DNA of 42,376 nt from Akkermansia sp. (lineage in GTDB: Bacteria; Verrucomicrobiota; Verrucomicrobiia; Verrucomicrobiales; Akkermansiaceae). Every line of letters starts with the position of its first letter. Position 1 is the stretch's first letter. A model generated the notes under the pieces. The model was given only the letters and a program-made list of their open reading frames with translations, searched no databases and was not told the origin of the DNA. Below, piece after piece: positions 14,896 through 25,250 of the stretch. Location of the stretch: assembly GCA_045657815.1 (NCBI GenBank), contig JAZOTV010000082.1:1-42376 (forward strand), read 5' to 3'. Made by a program: the position numbers and the translations under genes.

Positions 14896-15819
14896 TTATC
14901 TGTAAAGGTTATTCAGGGAACGCAGGCGCTCCAGATCAAAATAATTGTTAAAACCAAGGTTATGGTATATCTCCAGAGTAGCCTTGGAACGGTTAAGTGT
15001 GTAGAAATGAATGCCATCCACCTCTGCATCCAGAAGCTCGCTGCACTGGTTGCTGGCATAATTGATGCCGATGCGCTCGAGGGAGGCCTTGTCACCACCA
15101 GCGCGCAGCATAGCCTTGAGGAGACGGGCCGGGAAATTGGTGCCTGCAGAAAGTTCAGCCATGCGGTTCATACCGGAAATAGTGGTAACAGGCATGATAC
15201 CGGCAATAATTGGCACATCTATATCCATGAGGCGGCAGCGATCCCGGAAATCAAAGAAAGCATGATTATCAAAAAACAGCTGTGTGCAGATATAATCTGC
15301 GCCTTCATCAATCTTGGCCTTCAGGTAATCCATCTCCTTGAGGCGATTTCGGGAATCGGGGTGACCTTCCGGAAACCCGGCTACACCGAGGGTGAGGGGA
15401 GTAGGGAGATGCTGCCTGTCTTCCCACCGACGAATGAAACGCACCAGATCTGCGGCGTGGCGAAATGCATCGGCACCGGGGTCATACTCCATATGGCGGG
15501 GAGGGTCGCCTCGCAATACCATGATTGCCCGGGCACCGGCACCAATGTACCCCTCCAGAATCTCCTCAATTTCAGCTTCGGTATGACCTACACAGGTGAG
15601 ATGCGGTACAGTGGGAATGCCCCGGCTCTGAATATCGTGCACCACGGCACGTGTGAGCCCACGGGAACTACCGCCAGCCCCGTATGTAACGCTCACAAAA
15701 CTGGGGTGAAATTCCTGCAGCTGAATCACCGTTTCCAGCAGTGATTCTGCGCCCTGTGGAGTCTTGGGCGGAAAGAACTCGAAGGAAAAACTGGGAGAAC
15801 GGTCGAAAAGAGCGTGCAT
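14896..15819 (-). CDS. metF: 5,10-methylenetetrahydrofolate reductase
   Basis: SFEFFPPK, SVTYGAGG, PHLTC, LRGDPP, AGFPEGH, TQLFFD, GIMP, GIHFYTLN; start reset to ATG 15819. Confidence 0.97.
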   Translation of the reverse strand: MHALFDRSPSFSFEFFPPKTPQGAESLLETVIQLQEFHPSFVSVTYGAGGSSRGLTRAVVHDIQSRGIPTVPHLTCVGHTEAEIEEILEGYIGAGARAIMVLRGDPPRHMEYDPGADAFRHAADLVRFIRRWEDRQHLPTPLTLGVAGFPEGHPDSRNRLKEMDYLKAKIDEGADYICTQLFFDNHAFFDFRDRCRLMDIDVPIIAGIMPVTTISGMNRMAELSAGTNFPARLLKAMLRAGGDKASLERIGINYASNQCSELLDAEVDGIHFYTLNRSKATLEIYHNLGFNNYFDLERLRSLNNLYR

Positions 15820-15847
15820 GATATCTGTACAAATATGGCAAAATGAA

Positions 15848-16585
15848 TCAAGGCACCGGGGTGAGAATATCCTCAATTTCCGGTAATTGCCTGGGGGCAT
15901 CCTGCGGCATCTCCTGCTGGGGGTTATACCCCTCCATGCGCAGCTCACGGCTGCTCAGGAACGGAGAAATAATGACCTGATCACCAGGCCGAGGCTGGCG
16001 ATTTGCCTCCACCTCTGCATCCTTCACACCGCTGAATACAGTCTGCTTGATAGCCGCTGTATATTGCCCGGACTCCTCATCGCGGCCATCCACGGTTGCT
16101 TCGCACACAATGTAATCCTCCCGACGAACGGCAATATTCAAACCCTCATTCACCGGGGTAGAAGCCTCAGCCTTGAAGAGAAGCACCGCGCAATCATCCA
16201 GGTAGGCCGTAACCGTTCCCAGTTCTGCCGGGGCGGCGGGCTCAGCCTGCGGAGCCTCTGCGGCAGCTTCTGCCGCCTGGCGGCGCTTAGCGGAGGCAAT
16301 CACGCTACTCTCCTCAGCAGCAGTCAGTTCAGCTTCGCTCTTTCTGGCTTCAGCCTCTGCAGCAGCGCGCGCAGCTGCCATTTCGGGGGTATCGGCATCT
16401 GCATCCAGGCGAGCCATGCGTTCATCATGTTCCTGCTGACGCAGCTGATACTCAGTGATTTTCTGCTGCTGCTGATACAGCAGGTACTGTTCCTGCCTGG
16501 CGGGCAGAAGTACGGCAAACGTATAGAACATGATCCCCACGGTGAGAGCAAGCAGAATCAGAATCGTTGCGCGAAATGCGGTCAT
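15848..16585 (-). CDS. Membrane-anchored coiled-coil hypothetical protein
   Basis: N-terminal TM, Gln/Ala/Glu coiled coil, small C-terminal beta domain. Confidence 0.8.
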   Translation of the reverse strand: MTAFRATILILLALTVGIMFYTFAVLLPARQEQYLLYQQQQKITEYQLRQQEHDERMARLDADADTPEMAAARAAAEAEARKSEAELTAAEESSVIASAKRRQAAEAAAEAPQAEPAAPAELGTVTAYLDDCAVLLFKAEASTPVNEGLNIAVRREDYIVCEATVDGRDEESGQYTAAIKQTVFSGVKDAEVEANRQPRPGDQVIISPFLSSRELRMEGYNPQQEMPQDAPRQLPEIEDILTPVP

Positions 16586-16592
16586 GCGTGCA

Positions 16593-16620
16593 AGTATAGC
16601 AAAATCGGAACCGGATTCAA
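16593..16620 (-). promoter_or_regulatory. sigma70-like promoter, probably leaderless transcript
   Basis: TTGAAT-N16-TATACT with TG extension, 7 nt before ATG 16585. Confidence 0.6.
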
Positions 16621-16717
16621 GAAAAGAATCTGTCAGAATTTCTGTCTGTTTTTTTTCGTACAGCCTTGATTTCTGCTTGCAAGTTAGCGTGCGGCGAGCT
16701 ATAACACAGGGGATACA

Positions 16718-17344
16718 ATGTTAAACCTGCCGAATACCATTACGCTTTCCCGCATCCTCCTGGTCATTGTCTACACAGTGGCACTGGCTATTGATGGCAG
16801 CATTTCCCCCTATATCAACGAAGTGACGGGGGGGTGGTTTCAGCCCATATCCACCACAGCCTGCGTGGCGCTCTGGGCTTTTGTCATTGCAGCCATCACC
16901 GATTTCTTCGACGGGTACCTGGCCCGCAAATACAACCTGGTCACCAGCTTTGGTAAGCTGATAGACCCCCTTGCCGACAAGATTCTGGTAAGCGCCGCCT
17001 TCATCTATCTGACGGCGGTCGGCATCTGCCCGTTCTGGGTATCGATTCTCATCATTTTCCGCGAGTTCCTGGTAACAGGACTTCGCCAGCTGGCAGTAGC
17101 CCAGGGCCAGGTCATCGCCGCAGATAAGCTTGGAAAATGGAAGACCGCCGCCCAGCTGGCCTACTGCATTGGCTGCATGACCCAGCTCGCCTATGGCGGC
17201 AACCTTATTGAGCCGCTGCGTTCCCTGAGCATAGGCGAAGGCGGCTGGTGGTTCCGCGAGATTACCCTCTGGATCAGCGTCATTCTCACGCTGTGGAGCG
17301 GCGTTAACTACTGCTACCACGGGCGCCACCTGCTGAAAGGTTAA
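16718..17344 (+). CDS. pgsA: CDP-diacylglycerol--glycerol-3-phosphate 3-phosphatidyltransferase
   Basis: NLPNTITLSR, TDFFDGYLARK...FGKLIDPLADK, RE, GKWKT. Confidence 0.93.
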   Translation: MLNLPNTITLSRILLVIVYTVALAIDGSISPYINEVTGGWFQPISTTACVALWAFVIAAITDFFDGYLARKYNLVTSFGKLIDPLADKILVSAAFIYLTAVGICPFWVSILIIFREFLVTGLRQLAVAQGQVIAADKLGKWKTAAQLAYCIGCMTQLAYGGNLIEPLRSLSIGEGGWWFREITLWISVILTLWSGVNYCYHGRHLLKG

Positions 17345-17366
17345 ACACCCCATTCTCAGACCAGCC

Positions 17367-17942
17367 ATGAACAAAGTATTACTTTCTCTCTGCGCTCTTG
17401 CAGGTACTTTGCTGCTGGGCAGCTGCCAGCAGAAACAGTACAAAGCCTATTTCCTGACCGAATCTTCCAACCCGGAGGGCGGCGCGGCTTTCAACGTGCG
17501 CTACAATGGCCGCATGTACAACCGCATGCCCATCATGAGTCTGAAACACTTCGATAAGTTCAAGTCATTCCTGGCAGATGACGGCTCCTATGGTCTGGTG
17601 CTCTACACGCCGAAGGAATACCGCCTGCGCCTATTCACAGAAACCCAGCAGAACATAGGCAAATATATTCTGCCGGTTATTGATGGTCTGGCATTTGACC
17701 CCATGGAAATTGACCAGGGCATCATGGATGGGAAGCTCATTATCTGGGGTGGGCTGAATGGCTATGATTTGAAGAGAATCAGTGAATCTCTTGACCCTGT
17801 AGACCCGGAAATCGAGGAGAAACGCTACCTGGACGAAGATCCGCGCCCGAAGCCCGAGCTGCCCAGGGAAGCAGCCCCCATGAAAGATAAGCACGGCCGC
17901 ATCATTCCGGAGTTATACTCCTCAGCCACCCGCAATCAGTAA
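17367..17942 (+). CDS. Hypothetical lipoprotein
   Basis: Lipobox LLGSC; 191 aa. Confidence 0.8.
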   Translation: MNKVLLSLCALAGTLLLGSCQQKQYKAYFLTESSNPEGGAAFNVRYNGRMYNRMPIMSLKHFDKFKSFLADDGSYGLVLYTPKEYRLRLFTETQQNIGKYILPVIDGLAFDPMEIDQGIMDGKLIIWGGLNGYDLKRISESLDPVDPEIEEKRYLDEDPRPKPELPREAAPMKDKHGRIIPELYSSATRNQ

Positions 17943-17947
17943 ACGCA

Positions 17948-19012
17948 GTGAATATCTCCCGTATCATCCCAACAATTGCCCTGCTCTGCACAACAGTATG
18001 GGCGCAGCCGCAGGATCTGGTGTACACACTGCCCACGGATAACACCTCACTGTATACCACCGGGGGGGATGATTATTTCATGTATGTAGACCGCCAGTTC
18101 GAGGGAGAAAAATCGCGCCCGTGGCAGGCCGGCACATACGGCATGGTGCGCAACCCGTTCCGGCCGACAGCGGGCGGAAGCATCATGTACAGCCGTTTTC
18201 ATGAAGGAATCGATGTAAAACCCATTTACCGCAGCAGCAACGGCGAGCCGCAGGATACGGTGCGCCCCATTGCGCCAGGGGTGGTGGTGCACACCTGCAC
18301 CATGCCCGGCCACAGCAACTACGGCCGTTACGTAGTGATTGCCCACACCGTTCCAGAGGGCACCATTTATTCACTGTATGCCCACCTGGCCAGCGTGAAC
18401 TGCACCACGGGGCAGCAGCTTACCACTAAAGACACCATTGGGCGCCTGGGTTACAGCGGTGTGGGGCTCAACAAAACCCGCGCTCACCTGCACCTGGAAA
18501 TCGGGCTCATGATTCACAGCCGCTTTGAGGATTTCTATGCGGGTGAAAACAAGCATGGCAATTTCAATGGCATGAACCTGGCTGGTTTTGACCCGGCAGT
18601 GGTGCTGAAGGACTGCCAGCGCGGCACACCGTTCTCCATATCGCGTTATTTTGCCAGCCTGAAAGAGCATTACCGCGTGGCGGTTCCCTGCATTACGGCC
18701 ATCGACATCATGCGCCGCCACCCCTTCCTCTATAAAGGGAGCAAAACGGAACGCACACGGCCGCAATCCCTTGAAATCGCATTTACTGCAGAGGGGTTAC
18801 CCATTGGCATTTATCCTGCAAGCCGCCAGGTAACCCAGCCATTCATCGTATCCTGCCGTCCCATGCCCACGGTCCAGCAGAACTGCACAGTTAACCGAGT
18901 GAAGAACAGCAGCGCCAAAGCCGCACTCACGGTGTCGGGCTTGCGATACGTTTCCCAATATATCTGGACAGCTTCCCCCGCCAATTCATCCGTAGCAAGG
19001 AACGCCCACTAA
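17948..19012 (+). CDS. M23 family metallopeptidase
   Basis: HEGVD-type motif FHEGID, YGRYVVIAH, YAHL, HLHLE; signal peptide. Confidence 0.92.
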   Translation: MNISRIIPTIALLCTTVWAQPQDLVYTLPTDNTSLYTTGGDDYFMYVDRQFEGEKSRPWQAGTYGMVRNPFRPTAGGSIMYSRFHEGIDVKPIYRSSNGEPQDTVRPIAPGVVVHTCTMPGHSNYGRYVVIAHTVPEGTIYSLYAHLASVNCTTGQQLTTKDTIGRLGYSGVGLNKTRAHLHLEIGLMIHSRFEDFYAGENKHGNFNGMNLAGFDPAVVLKDCQRGTPFSISRYFASLKEHYRVAVPCITAIDIMRRHPFLYKGSKTERTRPQSLEIAFTAEGLPIGIYPASRQVTQPFIVSCRPMPTVQQNCTVNRVKNSSAKAALTVSGLRYVSQYIWTASPANSSVARNAH

Positions 19013-19022
19013 TCTCCCCACC

Positions 19023-21479
19023 ATGAAGCCGCGGAATCTCATTCTTTTCACTCTGCTCGCAGCATCTGCCCTGGCGGCGGATGTAAACCAGGGAAAAGCC
19101 CTGGTCATGGAAGGCAAGCCGGCAGAAGCGCTGGATATCCTCCGTGGTGACACCTCTGCCGCAGCATCCTTCTGGAGAGGCCGGGCCCTGATTCATCTGA
19201 AGCGTTTTCAGGAAGCAGCCCTGGCACTGCACCAGGTACCGGAGGAGCATGAACTCTATCCCTATGCAGCCAAAGCATTGCTGTACTGCGCCTGGAGAAG
19301 CAAAGAAGTGGATTTTGCCGTAATTGCTACCCCGCTCACCACCAGCAGGAACCCGGAAATAGCCGCGCTGGCCACAGCAGCGCTGGCAGAACACTGGCTA
19401 CACCAGCCCCGGAGCCATGATAACGCGGCACTGGCAAGGCTGCGCCAGCTGGTAAAGGCCCAGCCGGAGCTGCAACCTCTGCTCGATTTGCTCGAAATAG
19501 ACAATCTCCGGTTGAGGGGGGAATATGACAAGGCGGCAGAGCAGTGCCGAACCATGGAAAATGACCGCAAGCTTCCGCTCATCATGCGCCAGCGTGTGCG
19601 ACTTTCGCTTGCAGAGGTCTATTATACCAAGGAAGCAAACAACCCGGAGCAGGGTGAAAAAGAGAAACCGGCACCAGACAGGCAGCTTTCCCTGCTCAGC
19701 ACTGATGACAGCTCAGCACTCACCAGCTACGATGATGGCAAAGGAGAGGAAACCCTGCTGCACTTCATCTCCTCCAACCCGGAATCACCCCTGCTGGAAG
19801 AAGCCTTCCGCCGCCTGCATGAACACGGCGCGTTCACAGAAAGCGAATACGCTCAGGCCAAGCTGCAGGAATGGATAGCAGAGCCCCTTAAGTCACGTCG
19901 GGCATCTCTGGCGCTGCTCATTCAGCAGCATTTGCTCATGCCGGAAAATGCACACGATATCACCCCGGATGTCACATGTGCCAATACAGCTGCAGCCACC
20001 TGCCCAAATGAACCTGCCACCAGAACCATTCTGCTGGAGCAGACCCGCTGGTATCTGGAAAGGAAGCAACCCCACGAAGCTATGCTCTACCTGAGCATGA
20101 TTCAGGGGGATGATGTATACCGCCGCTTCTATGAGAACCAACTGCATTCTCCCGAGGCAGAAGGCACAGCTCACTCCTACCTCTCCTGCGCACGCGAAGC
20201 ACCCGATAACCTCCGGAAAACAGCTCTCATCAACGCCCTCACCAGCGCCCTGAAATCCGGAGATACGGCCACACAGGAAGCCGTGCTGAACATGCCGGAT
20301 CTGTCAGAAACCCTGCATTATGAGCTCCTGCTGACCCGCGCTGCCTACTGGCTGGATAAGGATACTGAAAAAGCACAGGCAGATATTGACATGCTGCTCT
20401 CGCACCCTGCCCCCAACCTGGATTTCGCGGCAGATGTCGAAATGAACCAGGTATACCTGCACCTGAAGAACAACCCGGAAAAAGCCAGGGAGTTACTTCA
20501 GAAAAGCAAAATCAATGACCATCTCACACGCCTGAGCGATGACCGCCAGCTTCGTTTCTTTGCGCTGAACGAGGAAACTCTGAGACGCCTCTCCAGCACA
20601 AATGATGAAATTAATGCCAACAGGGAAGCGCTGGAGATGATTCAGCTCGCGGCAGGAAAGGTACATTCGCCTAAGGTTGTTGCCATTCTGACGCTGCATA
20701 AGGCATGCCTGCAATCTGCACTCGGGCAGCATGTGGAGGCACGCCGCACCCTTAATGTGCTGCAGCGCAAATACCCCAAGGGCGATTTCGCCTCCCGGGC
20801 TCTCTACATGTCCGCCCGGGAATCCGAACTTATCGGCACAGCAGATTCCTTGAAACTCGCCATAGAGCTCTATAATTCCTGCGCTTCGTTCAACGATGAA
20901 CTCTGCGCCAAGGCTACCATCCGCCGGGCAGCGGTCATGCTCCGGCTCGGGCAGCTAGAAGAATCGGAGCATGTGCTGGTAGGGCTTCTTCGCCAGAAAC
21001 GCACAACGCTCCGGAAGGAGGAAATCATCATGGCAAATGCCATTCTGGCCAATAACCAGGCAATGCTTGGCACAGAGGAAGGCCGGCTGAAAGCAGTTGA
21101 GATTGTAGAGCAGTCTCTGGCAGACACAACAATTCCACGCTTGTGGCGTTTCCGGGTGCTGCTGCACCATGCCACCCTATGCGCCCGGGCAGAACAGTAC
21201 GAAAAAGCCCTGCGGGGTTATGAGGAGATCCTCTCCATGAATCCGGCCACCGGCAAGACCCCCTCCAGATCAGAATGGCATATTCTTTACAGCGCCGGCT
21301 CAGGGGCAGTCATGCAACTGCTGTATCTGACCCGCTATGGAGAAGCCGCCGCAATGGCCGAGAAAATTGCAGAATGGAATGCGGAGCATGCAGACCTGAC
21401 AAAGCAGCAGCAGTTCAGCAACTGGGCCCAGTATATTCGCCAGACAAACTTTGTTGACAAGAGCGACCTGCTCTTCTAA
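19023..21479 (+). CDS. Secreted TPR-like helical repeat protein
   Basis: 818 aa, signal peptide ALA, TPR-like segments (FWRGRALIHLKRFQEAA; KYPKGDFASRALY). Confidence 0.85.
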   Translation: MKPRNLILFTLLAASALAADVNQGKALVMEGKPAEALDILRGDTSAAASFWRGRALIHLKRFQEAALALHQVPEEHELYPYAAKALLYCAWRSKEVDFAVIATPLTTSRNPEIAALATAALAEHWLHQPRSHDNAALARLRQLVKAQPELQPLLDLLEIDNLRLRGEYDKAAEQCRTMENDRKLPLIMRQRVRLSLAEVYYTKEANNPEQGEKEKPAPDRQLSLLSTDDSSALTSYDDGKGEETLLHFISSNPESPLLEEAFRRLHEHGAFTESEYAQAKLQEWIAEPLKSRRASLALLIQQHLLMPENAHDITPDVTCANTAAATCPNEPATRTILLEQTRWYLERKQPHEAMLYLSMIQGDDVYRRFYENQLHSPEAEGTAHSYLSCAREAPDNLRKTALINALTSALKSGDTATQEAVLNMPDLSETLHYELLLTRAAYWLDKDTEKAQADIDMLLSHPAPNLDFAADVEMNQVYLHLKNNPEKARELLQKSKINDHLTRLSDDRQLRFFALNEETLRRLSSTNDEINANREALEMIQLAAGKVHSPKVVAILTLHKACLQSALGQHVEARRTLNVLQRKYPKGDFASRALYMSARESELIGTADSLKLAIELYNSCASFNDELCAKATIRRAAVMLRLGQLEESEHVLVGLLRQKRTTLRKEEIIMANAILANNQAMLGTEEGRLKAVEIVEQSLADTTIPRLWRFRVLLHHATLCARAEQYEKALRGYEEILSMNPATGKTPSRSEWHILYSAGSGAVMQLLYLTRYGEAAAMAEKIAEWNAEHADLTKQQQFSNWAQYIRQTNFVDKSDLLF

Positions 21480-21573
21480 CGCAGGAATCCTCTTGCCGGA
21501 TTATTTCGGAATAAGGACAGTGTTTTTTCTTTGCATCCCGCGCGGAATTCGCTATAATCCACAAAACTGCATC

Positions 21574-22410
21574 ATGGCCGGAAACAGTAACAGGAAGCGT
21601 ACCAAGAAACGCGCAGAGGAAGAAACTTCTCTGTGGGGGTTCCTGTTCAATAAAGAGGAGCAAAGCCAGGATATCACCAAAACCGCATTTTTCGGCCAGC
21701 CTGGCGAGGAAGAGGAGAATGAGGAGGATTCGGAAGCCCCCCGGAATATCCTGCAGGAACTCTGGAGACGCTTCAATACATGGAGCATTCTTGCCTGCAT
21801 TGTGTTCTTTATCTTCACCCTCACATTAATGAAGGCTGTTATCAGCATGTGGGTACCGCAGAACATGCGGGATATTGCCGGTTATTCGGACAACGGCAGC
21901 GCCCGGGATTTATTTGCCCTGCTGAGCAATGCAAACGGCCAGGAAATCAGTTTCACAGAGGCTGAAATCAACCGCTACCTCAGAGAAACATGCCGACTCC
22001 GCCAGACCGGCATCTTCTCCATCATTACGCACGGCCAGGGACTTGCCCTGCGCGTACATGACGGCTACGCAGAAATCGTCATTGACCGCATGATTGGCGC
22101 AAACATTCACCAGACCACCTCTGTTAACCTGACCTTCAGGCAGGAGCTTGAACACGGAAGACCTGTGCTGAAAGTTGATTATGCCGGCGGTGCAGCGCTA
22201 CCTGGAGGTATAGCAAGAGGCGGCAGCATCGGCAGCTTCGGATTACCGGATCGCCACATCAGCATGCTTACTCCGGCGCTTCGCACACTGCTTGACTGCT
22301 ATCCGGAATTCACCGATCTGATTGCGGAGCACGGTTACTGCCCCTATTTCACCAAAGGCCAGAACGGAAACGAGAGCCGCGTACGCCTTGTCCCCTATCG
22401 TCCGGCCTGA
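21574..22410 (+). CDS. Single-TM hypothetical protein
   Basis: ATG 21574 chosen because TTGCAT-N16-TATAAT (21531-21558) precedes it; charged N-terminus, TM, then FTEAEINRYL. Confidence 0.78.
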   Translation: MAGNSNRKRTKKRAEEETSLWGFLFNKEEQSQDITKTAFFGQPGEEEENEEDSEAPRNILQELWRRFNTWSILACIVFFIFTLTLMKAVISMWVPQNMRDIAGYSDNGSARDLFALLSNANGQEISFTEAEINRYLRETCRLRQTGIFSIITHGQGLALRVHDGYAEIVIDRMIGANIHQTTSVNLTFRQELEHGRPVLKVDYAGGAALPGGIARGGSIGSFGLPDRHISMLTPALRTLLDCYPEFTDLIAEHGYCPYFTKGQNGNESRVRLVPYRPA

Positions 22411-22440
22411 CACATTTCAACACATCAAACAGCTATAAAT

Positions 22441-22842
22441 ATGAAGATTCAGAAACTCATTCTGCCGATTACTGCTGCATTCTGCACCCTCGGACTCAGC
22501 TCCTGCATTTTCCAACAGGTTGCTGATAAATTTATTCGCGATGAATACCCTGGCGAGCGTCCTCCCCATGTCATTGCAGATGCAGACGGCAAGCCCGCAT
22601 CAACCGCCTGGGCCAAGATAAATCCGCTTGATCTTCCCCCCTCCGGTCACCTGAACGGGCGCATCAAATATGCAGATGACGGTCTTCCCTATGGCCTCCC
22701 TTGCGAATTCTCCAACATCCTTGTTTCACCGTACGAACCGTATTATCAGCTCGACTACACCAATTGCAAGGTAGGCGATAAAGTGTGGGATCCCTACACC
22801 CGCAAGCCCTTTTACATCCCACGTTTCCTGACCATCAACTAA
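22441..22842 (+). CDS. Hypothetical lipoprotein
   Basis: Lipobox LSSC; C-terminal VSPY.P...DPYT.KPF.IP motif. Confidence 0.8.
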   Translation: MKIQKLILPITAAFCTLGLSSCIFQQVADKFIRDEYPGERPPHVIADADGKPASTAWAKINPLDLPPSGHLNGRIKYADDGLPYGLPCEFSNILVSPYEPYYQLDYTNCKVGDKVWDPYTRKPFYIPRFLTIN

Positions 22843-22852
22843 AGTCCGGCTT

Positions 22853-24727
22853 ATGTCCGACAAAGGCTCACAGAGCACCACATTTATCCAGCGAATCGGC
22901 GCAGGCGCTTACCTGGCATTCTGTGCCGTGCTCCGTGTGCTTGATATCCGCGTCGTGGCAACCTTCGGTCGCGGTCTGGGTTACCTGGTCTGGGCGCTCA
23001 TGCCGGGCCGCCGGCGCATTGTAGCGCGAAACATGCGCATCGTGACAGACCCGACTCTGCGCGGCAGAAAATTAGCTGCTCTGGTTCGCCAGAATATCGT
23101 CCGGACCACCATGAACATGGCCTGTACCTTCAAGACAGGCCTGATGACGGAGAAAGAACTGAATCGGGCGGTCAATATCATCGGTGGCGATGAATTTGAA
23201 TCCAAGGCTGCAGATGGGCAGACGGTCATCGGCTGTATTCCCCATGCCGGCAACTGGGAGATTCTGGCCCGTATACGGCCGCTTTTCCCGAAGGTTAAGC
23301 GTTTTGGTTCCATGTACCGCCGGCTGGATAACCCGCTGCTGGAGGAAATTGTGCTCCAGTCCCGCTCCCGCTATGGCTGCGAGATGTTCAGCAGCAAAAA
23401 GGGGCTGAAAGAGGTATTCCGTCTGGCAAAGGAAGGCGGCATGCTTGGCGTATTGAGCGACCAGTACACCCAGCAGGGTATCTTCATACCCTATTTCGGC
23501 AAGGTAACAGGTACTACTCCCCTGCCCTCGCTGATATATAAGCGCTGCCGAGGCAACGGTAACCTGCTTGCTGTATCCACCCGCAACACCGGCCTGGGCA
23601 AGTGGGATGTCATCCTGAGCCGCCAGATTGAAGTCAACTCTGAAGGCGATGTCGATATCGCTACACTGACCCAGGCTGTCAACAACGAACTGGCCAGCGT
23701 GCAGCGGGAAAGCGTTATCGACGGGTTCTGGATGCACCACCGCTGGAAACCCACACAACGCTTTGCGCCGGGGGTAGACGAGACACAGAAGGAACTTATC
23801 CGCAAATACAGTACGCTTCCCTTCCGCATCATCATCTGTGTGCCGGAAGAATTTGAGGAGGCCATGCTTACCATTCCCTTCATGCGCGAACTGGAGGCCT
23901 GCCGTCCGGATATGCAGCTGAACGTAGTCTGCCCGGAAGAACAGCTTGAATTCTGGAAGACGCAACCGTACATCTCCCACGTTGTCACCACCATCTGCCC
24001 GCTTCAGCAGCTGGAATCCGACGCGCTCTATAAGGACGGCCCGTACGATTACCTCTTCATGCTCAGTGAGAACAAGCGGGTATTCCGCGAGCTGCAAGGG
24101 CTTATGCCCATTTACACCAGCGGATTCACCAGCAACCCGCTCAGCAGGAAGCTGCGGACAAAATGCACACTTCCCTGCGGCCAGAAGCCACAGCACCGCA
24201 TGGAGGACTACCTGTACCTCGCTTCCTGCCATATCACACTCTCCGGACAGCCCTATGCAACAAAGGCCGACGGCTCAGCCGATGCATCGGGCATCTATAT
24301 TGCACCCTTTTCCACACTGGGACAGGCCGACAGCTGGCCAGTGGAGAAATGGAAAGAGCTTATCGCCAGGCTGGGCGGCCATGCAAGCCTGCTGGCTTTA
24401 AAAAAGGACGAAGCTGCCGCCGCAGCCATGGCTGCTGAACTCGGCATTCCCTGCACCATTACCCAGCCCGAACACGTAGCCGGAATACTGGGGCCGAACT
24501 GCAGGCTGTATGCAGTGGATGGCCTGCTCCCCCAGCTGGCAGCCCTGGCAAACTGCCGCTGCCATGTCATCATGAGCAGCAGACTGGCCACCGCCTATGC
24601 ACCACCGGGAGAAGGCCACAAAGTGGTGTTCCGGCATACGCCTTGCCACCCCTGCTACCGGAGCAGCTGCGACCAGCCCTCCGCCTGCTCCGCAGACATA
24701 AGCGTGGACGAGCTGCTTGCAGAATAA
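22853..24727 (+). CDS. Lipid A late acyltransferase (LpxL-like) fused to a GT9 (heptosyltransferase-like) domain
   Basis: N-half: PHAGNWE, YRRLDNP, LSDQ, PYFG, FWMHHRWK. C-half: GT9-like organisation with SWPVEKW and C-terminal C.PC...C...C. Confidence 0.85.
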   Translation: MSDKGSQSTTFIQRIGAGAYLAFCAVLRVLDIRVVATFGRGLGYLVWALMPGRRRIVARNMRIVTDPTLRGRKLAALVRQNIVRTTMNMACTFKTGLMTEKELNRAVNIIGGDEFESKAADGQTVIGCIPHAGNWEILARIRPLFPKVKRFGSMYRRLDNPLLEEIVLQSRSRYGCEMFSSKKGLKEVFRLAKEGGMLGVLSDQYTQQGIFIPYFGKVTGTTPLPSLIYKRCRGNGNLLAVSTRNTGLGKWDVILSRQIEVNSEGDVDIATLTQAVNNELASVQRESVIDGFWMHHRWKPTQRFAPGVDETQKELIRKYSTLPFRIIICVPEEFEEAMLTIPFMRELEACRPDMQLNVVCPEEQLEFWKTQPYISHVVTTICPLQQLESDALYKDGPYDYLFMLSENKRVFRELQGLMPIYTSGFTSNPLSRKLRTKCTLPCGQKPQHRMEDYLYLASCHITLSGQPYATKADGSADASGIYIAPFSTLGQADSWPVEKWKELIARLGGHASLLALKKDEAAAAAMAAELGIPCTITQPEHVAGILGPNCRLYAVDGLLPQLAALANCRCHVIMSSRLATAYAPPGEGHKVVFRHTPCHPCYRSSCDQPSACSADISVDELLAE

Positions 24728-24730
24728 GCA

Positions 24731-24768
24731 TTAAGAAAGCCGCACCGGTAATCAGGTGCGGCTCTTTC
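24731..24768. terminator. Bidirectional terminator between convergent genes
   Basis: AGCCGCACC/GGTGCGGCT stem flanked by AAGAA and CTTTC. Confidence 0.65.
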
Positions 24769-24770
24769 AT

Positions 24771-25247
24771 TCAACTATCCTCGGGGCCTAGCATGAACAT
24801 AAGGCGATCCAGCCCATGGTGAGTCACCTCATTCCACAAAGCCTTAGTCATGGCCGCAGTCTGCGCGGCCCGGTCCTCCGGGCTCATCTCTTCCACCGCC
24901 TCCTGGCCGTAATACTCAGCCAGGGCCCGGCCGGCTAACCGCGCCACCAGTTCCTCCCAGAAAACAGCATCGCGGTATTCATCCAGCACATCAGAATAAA
25001 AAGCACTATCAATATAGGGCCGCTTAAAGAACCAGTAACCGCAATCCGGGTTCAGTTCCATATCCCGCGCAATGCCGGGCACTGTGCGCCCTGCTTTCAC
25101 AATCTCCACCAGCAGCTTGTGCCAGTGGTCTGCGCGTGCATTGCGGCCATCAGGCAAGGCCTGCCCCAGAACAGTCAGTGACATAGCGCACACCTCTGCC
25201 AGGTCACGCATCTCACTCTCTGTCAGCTCTAAAGTAACCTTACCCAT
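24771..25247 (-). CDS. Conserved hypothetical protein
   Basis: 158 aa, 3 nt after sufT; motif Y.DAVFWEELV.RLA.R...E...HGLDRL. Confidence 0.8.
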   Translation of the reverse strand: MGKVTLELTESEMRDLAEVCAMSLTVLGQALPDGRNARADHWHKLLVEIVKAGRTVPGIARDMELNPDCGYWFFKRPYIDSAFYSDVLDEYRDAVFWEELVARLAGRALAEYYGQEAVEEMSPEDRAAQTAAMTKALWNEVTHHGLDRLMFMLGPEDS

Positions 25248-25250
25248 CCC

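Noticed and set aside
15820-15847. SAM riboswitch upstream of metF
   Set aside because: The intergenic gap is only 28 nt and shows no SAM-I/II core.
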